Source: Planctomycetota bacterium (GTDB taxonomy: Bacteria > Planctomycetota > UBA1135 > UBA2386). Taken from it: a DNA stretch of 64,000 nucleotides. Positions 20,173 through 28,897 of this stretch are shown here, piece by piece. The position numbers and the translations under genes are program-made. Each line of letters opens with the position of its first letter. Positions within the stretch are counted from its first letter, which is position 1. The stretch is from NCBI GenBank assembly GCA_965228735.1, contig OZ245838.1:1568001-1632000 (forward strand), written 5' to 3'. The notes under the pieces were generated by a model, which was not told the origin of the DNA, made no database searches, and worked only from the letters and a program-made list of their open reading frames with translations.

Positions 20173-21224
20173 CAGTCGTCCTGCCCGCGCATCTTCTTCT
20201 TGTTGCTCTCGGTCTTGAGGTGGGCCTCTTCACCCGCGGCGATCTGCGACCGCATCTTGGTGTCGGCCTCGATGTTGCGGATGCGCTGGAAGTCGAGGAC
20301 GCCGAGGTTACCCGACCGGAACGCGTCGGCCATCGCCTTCGGCACTTCGGCCTCGGCGAGCACGAGCTTCGCGCGGTTTGCCGCGATGTCGGCGACGTTC
20401 TCCTGCTCGGCTGCGACGGCCATCGCGCGGCGCGACTCGGCCGCGGCCTGGGCGACGCGCTTGTCCGCCTCGGCCTGGTCGGCCTGCAGGCGCGCGCCGA
20501 TGTTGTCCCCAATGTCGACGTCGGCGATGTCGATCGACAGGATCTCGAACGCCGTGCCGGCATCGAGCCCCTTGTGCAGCACGCCCTTGCTGATCAGGTC
20601 CGGGTTCTCGAGCACGTCCTTGTGCGAGCCGGACGAACCGATCGTCGAGACGATGCCCTCGCCGACGCGCGCGACGATCGTGTCTTCGGTCGCGCCACCG
20701 ACGAGTCGCTGGATGTTCGTCCGCACGGTCACACGCGCTTTCGCGAGCACCTGAATGCCGTCCTTGGCCATCGCCGCGACCTTGCTGTTGGCCGGGCAAT
20801 CGATGACCTTGGGGTTGACGCACGTCTGGACCGCGTCGAGCACGTCACGGCCCGCGAGGTCGATCGCCGCCGCCTGCCGGAAGTCGAGCCCGAGGTTGGC
20901 GCGGTCCGCCGCGATCAGCGCGCGGACGACGTTGATCACGTTGCCGCCGGCCAGGTAGTGCGCTTCGAGCTCACCCGTGTTGAGCGGCAATCCGGCCTGC
21001 GTCGCGGAGATCGCGCCGCGCACGATGACCGTCGGATTGACCTTGCGCAGCGACATCCCGATCAGCTGGAAGAGGCCGATCCGCGTGCCCGACATGTAGG
21101 CCTGGACCCACAGGTTGAGGAACTTGAGCAGGATCAGGACGAGGACGACGAGAACGACCAGCAGGCCGATCAGAACCCACGTGAGTGTGCTGAGGCCTTC
21201 GTCGGGCGGCAGGAATGCGAGCAT
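20172..21224 (-). CDS. floA: Flotillin-like protein FloA (YqfA/UPF0365)
   Basis: [65 protein letters not shown]. Confidence 0.95.
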   Translation of the reverse strand: MLAFLPPDEGLSTLTWVLIGLLVVLVVLVLILLKFLNLWVQAYMSGTRIGLFQLIGMSLRKVNPTVIVRGAISATQAGLPLNTGELEAHYLAGGNVINVVRALIAADRANLGLDFRQAAAIDLAGRDVLDAVQTCVNPKVIDCPANSKVAAMAKDGIQVLAKARVTVRTNIQRLVGGATEDTIVARVGEGIVSTIGSSGSHKDVLENPDLISKGVLHKGLDAGTAFEILSIDIADVDIGDNIGARLQADQAEADKRVAQAAAESRRAMAVAAEQENVADIAANRAKLVLAEAEVPKAMADAFRSGNLGVLDFQRIRNIEADTKMRSQIAAGEEAHLKTESNKKKMRGQDD

Positions 21225-21292
21225 TGCGGAGTTTGGTCTGGCGTGGGCCGCGACAGCCGCGGCATGAAAGGGGAATCAGTGCGAGGGGTGAG

Positions 21293-23455
21293 TCAGTCGG
21301 TCGCGGCAACGACGACGCGGTTGCCGCTGACCTCGAGCACCTTGATCGGGGTCGCGCGGGCGATCATCTCGCCGCGAGTGACGACGTCGATCTTGCGACC
21401 GTCGATGCGCGCGAAACCCGCGGGGCGCAGATCGGACAGCGTCTCACCGGACTGACCGACGAGCGCCGAGAGCCCGCGATCGGCCGCGGCCGCATGGCCC
21501 TGGGTCTTGGGGCCCGCGAGGATCAGCTGTTTGCCGAACGGCGTCTTGGGCAGGATCCTGAACGCCATCGTGAGCACGACCGGCGCCGCGATGGCCTCGA
21601 CGACGAGGATCGTCATGCCGAACCCGGTGGACTCCTGGAACGCCGCGAACACCGCGCCGATCAGCGTGACGCCGGCCAGCAGGCCGATCACCCCGAACGA
21701 GACGAAGAACACCTCGGCGACGAGCAGCACGAGACCGACGATCAGCAGCAGGAACACGACGCCGACGCTGCCGCTCTCCCCGGGGTTGTCCGACGATGGG
21801 TTCTCCGCGGGTGGGCTCTGCGCGGATGGGTTCTGCGAGGATGGGCCCTCCGACCCGGGGCTCCCGGTCTGGGCGTTGGCGCCCACGACGACCCGATTGC
21901 CCTGCACGTAGAGCACCCGCAGCGGCGTGCCGACCTCGTGATACTCGCCCTCGGTCACGACGTCGATCCGATCGCCGTCGATCGCCATCGTCCCGGTCGG
22001 GCGCAGCAGCGTCACCGCGACGCCGGTCCGGCCGACGAGCGCCGTCAACCTCTCGGTCGGCAGCCCGAGGCCGCTCGGCTGGCTCGCGTTGGCGCCGTCA
22101 CCGCCGGCGTTCGGCGGGCGCAGGAACGCGCGATTGAAGAACGGCACCTTCGGCAGCAGACGCCATGTGAAGAACCCGAGCACCAGCACGAGCACGAACA
22201 GCAGCGTGAGGTTCATCAGGTTCGCGAGCAGGATGCCCTCCTCGACCGCGTTGCTCGGCCAAACGAAGGACTGCCGCGACAGCACGAGCGACAGCACGAG
22301 ACAGACGAAGCCCGCGGCGCCGAAGATGAGCATGCCCGGCAGCAGGAAAATCTCGACGGCGAGCGCCGCGATGCCGAGGAAGAACAGGATGATCTCGGTG
22401 ACCTCGGCGAGCCCGACGAGGTAGCTGTGGAACATCGACAGCGCGAGGAACGCCACCCCGAGGATCCCGGGCAGCCCGAACCCCGGCGTCTTGACCTCGA
22501 CGAGGATCAGCAGGAAGCCGGCGACGAGCAGGAACGGCGCGAGCAGCTCGAGCCAGACGATCATGTCCTCGGCCCAGTTGACCTCGAGCTCCTGCACCGC
22601 CTCGGGCGCCACGAGCAGGACGTCGCTCGTCAGGTGCTCGAGGCTGTCGACGGTGCCCATCGACAACCCGGCGTCCTCCGCCTCCGTCGCGTTCACGAAG
22701 AGCGGCCGCGTCAACGGCTCCTTCTCCAGCACGCGACCGCCGCCGGCCGAGAGCGCGGCGAGCTCGGCCTCGTCGAGCAGTCGGGTCCGTTCGAGCCCCG
22801 CTTCGCGGACGACCGCGCGAAACAGCTGCACGCGCGGGTCGGCCATCGCGAGCGCCATCTTGACGGCATCGGCGCGCAGCTTGACCTTGCGGCCGTCGAG
22901 CCGCTCGCGCACCGCGGCCTTGACCTCTTCGAGCCGCAGAGCGATGGCGTTGTCCGGATCGAGGGCGAAGAGGTCGCCCCAGTCCGACTCGGGTTTGGTG
23001 ATCTCCCCGATCTCGGCACCGCGCTGGAAGTAGGTCCGGCTCGTCAGCAGCGCCAGATAGCACGCTCCCTGCGTCGCCCGCCCCTTCACGTAGGTCACCG
23101 TCTCGACCGTCGTCGCCTGCACCTGGTCGAACAGGCTCTGCAGGTCCTCCTGGTCCTCCGTGAAGCTGCCGGTATCCCGGTCGAGCACGAACACGACCCA
23201 CGCCGCGCCGTTGTCCTCGGCGTAGCGCAGCGTGCGCGTGCAGCGCGCGAGCTCCTGGGTGCCGAGCTTGCCGCTGAGCGTGACCGTGAGCACCTGCGGC
23301 GCGACGGCCGCGCCCGATTCCTGGGCCGTCGCGTCCTGGGCCGTCACGTTCCGCCCGCCCAACACGCCGGCCACCAGGACGCCAGCCACCAGCAGGGCCA
23401 CGCCCGACCGGGCCGCGACGAACGACAAGGCTAGCCCGAGAACACTCCCGAGCAC
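21293..23455 (-). CDS. NfeD family protein; long NfeD (ClpP-like, TM, OB fold) fused to a second short NfeD (TM, OB fold)
   Basis: EVKTPGFGLPGILG, GVAVTLLRPTG...IDVVTEG, then a second copy LVAEVFFVSFG...DLRPAG...IDVVTRG; upstream of floA; start approximate. Confidence 0.88.
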   Translation of the reverse strand: MLGSVLGLALSFVAARSGVALLVAGVLVAGVLGGRNVTAQDATAQESGAAVAPQVLTVTLSGKLGTQELARCTRTLRYAEDNGAAWVVFVLDRDTGSFTEDQEDLQSLFDQVQATTVETVTYVKGRATQGACYLALLTSRTYFQRGAEIGEITKPESDWGDLFALDPDNAIALRLEEVKAAVRERLDGRKVKLRADAVKMALAMADPRVQLFRAVVREAGLERTRLLDEAELAALSAGGGRVLEKEPLTRPLFVNATEAEDAGLSMGTVDSLEHLTSDVLLVAPEAVQELEVNWAEDMIVWLELLAPFLLVAGFLLILVEVKTPGFGLPGILGVAFLALSMFHSYLVGLAEVTEIILFFLGIAALAVEIFLLPGMLIFGAAGFVCLVLSLVLSRQSFVWPSNAVEEGILLANLMNLTLLFVLVLVLGFFTWRLLPKVPFFNRAFLRPPNAGGDGANASQPSGLGLPTERLTALVGRTGVAVTLLRPTGTMAIDGDRIDVVTEGEYHEVGTPLRVLYVQGNRVVVGANAQTGSPGSEGPSSQNPSAQSPPAENPSSDNPGESGSVGVVFLLLIVGLVLLVAEVFFVSFGVIGLLAGVTLIGAVFAAFQESTGFGMTILVVEAIAAPVVLTMAFRILPKTPFGKQLILAGPKTQGHAAAADRGLSALVGQSGETLSDLRPAGFARIDGRKIDVVTRGEMIARATPIKVLEVSGNRVVVAATD

Positions 23456-23656
23456 GCCCGGCAGCCCGACCGGCGCAGGCCGGCAGCGCGCCCACCGCTC
23501 CTCAGATCGCGTTGTCACTGGCTTCTTGTTTAGCGCCCCGGGTGAGGTTTGACACCTCGGTTCGACCGTCCATCGGCAAAGGTCCGCGACTCCGCGGGAA
23601 CGGAACCGGGCAACGCCGGGTTGAGCCAACGCAGCCAGTGTTCCGATAGGCGACAG

Positions 23657-24592
23657 GTGCCGCCGACCCAAGCACCTCTCGGCCATCGCCAGGCCGCGCA
23701 GGCCGTCCAGCTCTGGGCGCGCACCGTCCGCACGCTGCGCAACCACGGGGATGTGGAACGGCTGTCCCGCGACGTCCTGCGGCGCGCCGGGCGCGAACTG
23801 GCCGATCTGCTCGCGACCCAGGACCTCGTGATCGAGTTCGGCCGCGACGGCGTGCTGCACGCGGGGGAGCTCGTCCTCCGGGTCGGCCCCACGGACGTGC
23901 CGTTCGGGCTGCTCGCCGAGAGCGGCGTTGGCACACTCGAACTCGCGGCCGGCACCCCGAGCGATGAGATCGAACGACTCCTGCGGACCTGTGCCGCCGC
24001 GCCCGGCATCGTCGATCCGATCTACGACCTGGCCCGCGAACTGCGACGTTCCGAGCTGCCGAACCTCGAACTCCGCGCCCCGGCCGCGGGCAGTCCGGCC
24101 ACCGGCGCGAGCCGGACCGGGCCGGAGATCGACTGGTGGCTCCTGCCCGAACCCCGACCGACGACCGAACTCGGCCATCTCATCGAGCGTGAGCTCGCGG
24201 CCAACCGGCCCACCCGCGTCGTGGACCTGTTGCTCGCCGAACTGGCGACCGACGACGCGGAGGACACGACGATCGGCGGCCACCTGCTGCGGCTGCTCGA
24301 GATCATGCTGCAACGCGACGACGCGGCCGGGGCGACGGAGCTCCTGCAGCGCGCGGAACACACCCCCGGCGTCGCACCGCAGGTCGTGATGCAGCTGCGC
24401 CGGCGCGGCATGCGCGCGCTGCGCTCCGACTGGCTCGGCCGCCAGCTACGCGACGCGCCCGATCAGAGCGGCGTGCTCGCACTCGCGATGCAGCTCGGCG
24501 ACGACGCGGTCCGTTGGGTCGCGCAGGCCGCAGCAGCCCTCGACGTGACGCTGCCGGCGTGGGTCGCGGCGATGCTCGGCCCGCTCGAGTAG
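23657..24592 (+). CDS. Hypothetical helical protein
   Basis: Long Leu/Ala-rich ORF filling the gap between divergent and convergent genes; no recognisable motif. Confidence 0.6.
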   Translation: MPPTQAPLGHRQAAQAVQLWARTVRTLRNHGDVERLSRDVLRRAGRELADLLATQDLVIEFGRDGVLHAGELVLRVGPTDVPFGLLAESGVGTLELAAGTPSDEIERLLRTCAAAPGIVDPIYDLARELRRSELPNLELRAPAAGSPATGASRTGPEIDWWLLPEPRPTTELGHLIERELAANRPTRVVDLLLAELATDDAEDTTIGGHLLRLLEIMLQRDDAAGATELLQRAEHTPGVAPQVVMQLRRRGMRALRSDWLGRQLRDAPDQSGVLALAMQLGDDAVRWVAQAAAALDVTLPAWVAAMLGPLE

Positions 24593-24608
24593 CCGGCGAG
24601 TCGCCGCC

Positions 24609-26468
24609 TCACGCACGCGCCAGCACGTCGAGCACGAGCAACGCCATCGCGGTGCCGTAGGACCGGGCCAGTTCGTGGCTGTCGACGAAGCAGCCGTCGA
24701 ACTCGGGCAGCGCCAGCACGAGGTCGCGGATCGCCGCACACGTCCGCGCCTTCTGCTCGGCGTCGGCCAATCGCACGGCAGCCTCGGCGCGCCCGAGCAT
24801 GTCGAACCAGAAGAAGAACCCGCCGTAGCCGTAGCGATCGGCGTGGTTGTCGTACTTGCGGACCGCGGCGAGCAGCGCGTGATGCTCTTGCCCCGCGGCG
24901 ACGGCCGCCGCGAGCTTGTCGTCGTCGCTCGCGCCGAACAGGAACAGCGCCAGCTCGCAGAGCGGCATGCGTCCCGCCGCGCCCTGCAGCGACGCGCGCG
25001 CCTTGCGACCCGGCCGGGTGTCGCCGTAGGTGAACGCACCCTCCTCGGTCCGGTTCTTGACCAGCGACGCGAGCCCGCGCTGGATCCGCTCGTCGTCCAC
25101 CTCGCAACCGATCGCGCGCGCGTCGTGCAACGCCTGCAGCGCCGTCGCGGTCGCGAACGGGTTGCGATACTCGTGGAACCACGAGCCGGTCTCCGGCTGC
25201 ATCGCGAGCAACGCACCGGCGCCGCGCTGCAGGTGCGGGACGACGGCGTCGCGATCCGCATCGCGCCGGGCGGCCCACGCCGCGAGGAAGCGGACCGCGT
25301 AGGCCCGCGCCCAGACGAGCTCGTCCGAGTCCGACAACGCCAGCCACTGCGCGGACTCCGCCTGCCCGCGAATGCGATCGAGCATGCCGTGCAGCCGCTT
25401 CGTCGTCGCGCCGTCGAGCTCGAGGTCGCCCGCCGCCCGACGATCGTCCGCGGCGAGCAAGGCCATGCCGACGAGACACGTCGTCGCGGCGTAGACGTTC
25501 GGCAGGCTGTCCGTGCCGCCGAAGTCGTAGGTGCTGTCGCGCACGACGCCGCGGCCATCGTCCATCGCGAGCAGGAAGCGCACGGAACGCTGCCACAGCT
25601 CCGACTCGTCGTAGACGCCGGCGGGCGCGCGCGTGCCGTCGGTCGGGTCCTGCGCGAACACCTCGGGCGGCACGTCGAGGTAGTCCTCGAACCCGTGCAC
25701 GAACGGGCCATGCCCCTCCGCTTCGAGCATCGCCTTCCAGCTCAGTGGCTCTTCGGGATACCGCGCCGCGGTCTCGCGCCACAGGGTTCGCGCCGCGTCC
25801 GGACGGCCGGTCCGGAACAACGCCGCGCCCTGCAGCCAACCGAGCTCGCTCCCGACGGCGGGCGCCGGGTCCGCGGCGAGCAACGGCCCGGCGTCCTCGA
25901 TCACCTGCGCGAGCGCACCGCGACCGTACGCGCCCCACAGATCCTGCAGCGCGGGCGCACCGGGAAAGCCCGCCTCGGTCTTGCCGACGTGGCGCCGCAG
26001 CGGCGCCTCGAACCACTGCGGATGGAACGTCGTGAGCTGGTCGACGCGCAGCTGCACTTCTCCCGCGCCATCGAGCACGAGGTAGCCCGGCTCGATGAAG
26101 CTTTGGCGCACGAGCTCGTACCGCTTCTGCAGTTCGCCGCGCGGCACCTCCCGGACCGGAATGAACTCGCGTTCGAGCAGCGCGATCGTCGACGGCCACG
26201 AGAACGGCCCGCCGAGCAGGTAGCGCTCGATCACCACCTTGCGATCCATCGGCGACCGCGCGACCGTCGGCACGAACCAGAACACGGGCTTGTTCGTGCG
26301 CTTGCTCTCGGCGATCGCGGTCTCGACGTCGTCGCGCCACGCGATCGCGGTGCCGACCTTGGCGGCGAGCGGCCCCGGCGCGGGGCGTTCCTTCCGCGTC
26401 GAGTTCTGCGCGAGCGCGGTCGCGGTCAGCAGCAACGCGAGGGAGACGACGATCGACGAGCGGCGCAT
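24609..26468 (-). CDS. Secreted protein with thioredoxin-like N-terminus, TPR-like middle and prenyltransferase/squalene-cyclase-like alpha/alpha repeats
   Basis: Signal peptide; IAWRDDVETAIAESKRTNKPVFWF; LLAMQPETGSW, EEGAFTY, LPEFDGCF, YGTAMALLVL. Confidence 0.7.
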   Translation of the reverse strand: MRRSSIVVSLALLLTATALAQNSTRKERPAPGPLAAKVGTAIAWRDDVETAIAESKRTNKPVFWFVPTVARSPMDRKVVIERYLLGGPFSWPSTIALLEREFIPVREVPRGELQKRYELVRQSFIEPGYLVLDGAGEVQLRVDQLTTFHPQWFEAPLRRHVGKTEAGFPGAPALQDLWGAYGRGALAQVIEDAGPLLAADPAPAVGSELGWLQGAALFRTGRPDAARTLWRETAARYPEEPLSWKAMLEAEGHGPFVHGFEDYLDVPPEVFAQDPTDGTRAPAGVYDESELWQRSVRFLLAMDDGRGVVRDSTYDFGGTDSLPNVYAATTCLVGMALLAADDRRAAGDLELDGATTKRLHGMLDRIRGQAESAQWLALSDSDELVWARAYAVRFLAAWAARRDADRDAVVPHLQRGAGALLAMQPETGSWFHEYRNPFATATALQALHDARAIGCEVDDERIQRGLASLVKNRTEEGAFTYGDTRPGRKARASLQGAAGRMPLCELALFLFGASDDDKLAAAVAAGQEHHALLAAVRKYDNHADRYGYGGFFFWFDMLGRAEAAVRLADAEQKARTCAAIRDLVLALPEFDGCFVDSHELARSYGTAMALLVLDVLARA

Positions 26469-26554
26469 GGTCGCAGCGTGCCGGGACGCGGCCGAGCGGT
26501 CAAAGGGGAAGCCACCCCCGCGGCCATCGCCGTGCTATCCTCGACGGTCGACGC

Positions 26555-27787
26555 ATGCTGCTTCCCGTCACAGCCGCCGGCGTGTTCGCAATCGCGAGCC
26601 TGGCCGCGCAGGGCACCGTGCCACCGTACGCGCTCGGACAGACGACCTCGATCGCGGGCCTCAACGCCTGGGCCCCGGGCGTGCAGGTGCGGCACGTCCA
26701 CTTCGTCCACCTGCCGGGCGATCCGCCCGAGGTGTTCTACGGCGTGGCCAACGTGCGCAACCTGTCGACCGCGCTCGGCGGCGTCGGCAACTGGGATTTC
26801 GTCGCCGGCCGCTACGACGTCTTGACCGACACGTTCTCGCCCACGCTCGAGGCCGCGCCGCTGAACCAGTTCGAGGCGGACCTCAACCTCACGCTGCACC
26901 ACTCGGGACGCCACGCGGTCTTCGGTCGCGAGACCGGCCCGCTGGCGCGCACGATGTGGCTCGCGACGCGCCCGGCGATCGGCCAGCCCTGGCAGGTCGT
27001 CGGCCCGATCCAGAGCGCGTGGGCCTCGTCGGCGCCGCACTCCCGCCATCCCGCGCTCGTCGACGACGGCGGGCAGCCGGTCCTGCTGCATACGCACGGC
27101 GGCCGCGTCGCGCGGTCGCCGATCGACCTCGCCGTCGCGCGACTCACCGCGCCGCCGACGATCGTCGCCAACCCGACCGGCAACGTGTTCGCGGAGGCGC
27201 CGTTCCCGGTCACCGCGCCGAACGGCGAACTCATCGGCTTCGCGCTCGGCGAACGCAGCAGCTTCAACATCGGCTCGATCGACCTGCGGCTCGCGCTCGA
27301 CCTCGATCCGAGCACACCGTCGACGCTCGTGCACCACGGCAACGGCGGCAGCCTGCCGGGCGGTCACATCGGCGGCCGCTTCTTCGCGGGCCAGGAACAG
27401 AGCGGCGTGCCGTCGCTGCACGCGATCGAAACCTGCTGGTTCACGGGCGGCCGTGCACCGATCGGCGGCACGCTCGTCGTGCGGATGTATTCACCGCCGA
27501 CCGCCGGCCCGAAGCTGTACCTGACCGCGTTCGTCGCGAGCTCGCACTTCCTCGCGACCGGCGTTCCGATGCCGCCGCTGCAGGGCCTCGTCGGCGTCGA
27601 GCCGGCCAGCGCGTGGACCAGCCCGCTCTTCGTGCACGACAACCGCAACGGCGAGGCGCAGGCGAGCTTCGCCATCCCGAACGTCGCGGCGCTGAGCGGC
27701 GCCCGCCTGCCGGCGCAGTGCGCGACGATCGAAGCGACGACCGGAGCGCTCTACCTCGGCAACACCGCCTGGCTGCGCGTCGACTGA
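26555..27787 (+). CDS. Secreted hypothetical protein (beta-propeller-like) with a conserved C-terminal beta domain
   Basis: Signal peptide ending LAAQ; C-terminus GEAQASFAIPNVAALSGARLPAQ...LGNTAWLRVD resembles the C-terminus of 33154-35019. Confidence 0.75.
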   Translation: MLLPVTAAGVFAIASLAAQGTVPPYALGQTTSIAGLNAWAPGVQVRHVHFVHLPGDPPEVFYGVANVRNLSTALGGVGNWDFVAGRYDVLTDTFSPTLEAAPLNQFEADLNLTLHHSGRHAVFGRETGPLARTMWLATRPAIGQPWQVVGPIQSAWASSAPHSRHPALVDDGGQPVLLHTHGGRVARSPIDLAVARLTAPPTIVANPTGNVFAEAPFPVTAPNGELIGFALGERSSFNIGSIDLRLALDLDPSTPSTLVHHGNGGSLPGGHIGGRFFAGQEQSGVPSLHAIETCWFTGGRAPIGGTLVVRMYSPPTAGPKLYLTAFVASSHFLATGVPMPPLQGLVGVEPASAWTSPLFVHDNRNGEAQASFAIPNVAALSGARLPAQCATIEATTGALYLGNTAWLRVD

Positions 27788-28806
27788 GTTGCGTCCTCGC
27801 GGCGCGTCGTCGGTTCGGACTGCGGCGCGCGCGTGGTCGGCAGGTCCGGCCACAGCCTGGCCATGAGCCAGGCGGTCGCCCATTGGCGCGCACCCGGTGA
27901 CAGCCAACCCGCAACGCGAACGCCGCCGGTTGCGGTCGCGATGACGATCCCGGGCGAGAGATGGCGGGAACGGCGCGCCACGTCGGTCGCGCTGGCACCC
28001 GTTCGGTCGCGGACCGATTCGGCCTGGCCGCGCTGCGACCGCACCCGCTCGATGGACTGGATCGGGATGCATCGCGAACCGAGCGGCAGCGCGAAACAGG
28101 AGCCAGCGACGCGCAGCTCGCCGTCAGAAAGCGTCAGCACGGCGCGCCGCCCGGTCCAGCTCCGCAACGTCATGACCTCACCGAGCAGCGGGTCGGGCTG
28201 CACGTCGACGCCACGCGGCGCCGGGGTCGCCGGCGCGGGCGGTCGTTCGGTCGGCGGGCCGCCGAGCTGGCCGGGCAGGCGCAGCTCGGGCCGTTCGCCC
28301 GTGCAGTCGAGGAACGCGATCTCGGCGGCCTCGCACAGTCGCCGCACCCACGCGCGCGCGCGGCGTTCGCTCTGGAACGACCGCAGCCGCCAGCGCTCGG
28401 GCACCGTGCCCGGGGCGAAGCGCAGGCCGACGTCGAGCTGCAACCGCCGGATCGCCTCCTTCTGCAGCGCGCCCGCGACGACGTCCGCGTCGAGCTCGAC
28501 GGCGAGGAGGTCGGCCCGCGGGTGGGAGCGCTCGCGCCACCGCAGCCCCCACCCCGGCCGCTTGCGCCACACGACCCGTTCGGGACCGATCGCGATCTCG
28601 ACGCGTTGGCGCAGCGCGACGAGGGCCCCGAGCGCGAGCAGGACGCCGAGCGCGACCGCGAGCCGCGGCCCGCCCGCAAACCCGATCAGCAGCGCCGTGT
28701 GGATCGCCCAAGACGACAGCAGAACCGCGAGCCCGAGCAGAACCCAGCGCAGCGGCGGCCGATGCCGCAGCAGCACGTGACCCGGTTCGGTGACCCGCAG
28801 GTTCAT
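27751..28806 (-). CDS. Hypothetical membrane protein (2 TM helices plus PH-like beta region)
   Basis: ATG at 28806 (MNLRVTEPG), two hydrophobic helices; convergent overlap with the previous gene. Confidence 0.6.
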   Translation of the reverse strand: MNLRVTEPGHVLLRHRPPLRWVLLGLAVLLSSWAIHTALLIGFAGGPRLAVALGVLLALGALVALRQRVEIAIGPERVVWRKRPGWGLRWRERSHPRADLLAVELDADVVAGALQKEAIRRLQLDVGLRFAPGTVPERWRLRSFQSERRARAWVRRLCEAAEIAFLDCTGERPELRLPGQLGGPPTERPPAPATPAPRGVDVQPDPLLGEVMTLRSWTGRRAVLTLSDGELRVAGSCFALPLGSRCIPIQSIERVRSQRGQAESVRDRTGASATDVARRSRHLSPGIVIATATGGVRVAGWLSPGARQWATAWLMARLWPDLPTTRAPQSEPTTRREDATQSTRSQAVLPR

Positions 28807-28897
28807 CCCACTGCATCGGCAGCAGCCGGTCCGCGACCGCACCGGAATCTGGCCGTTGCCGCGCGCAAACCCAAGCCGCTGCCCGTATAGAACGGCC

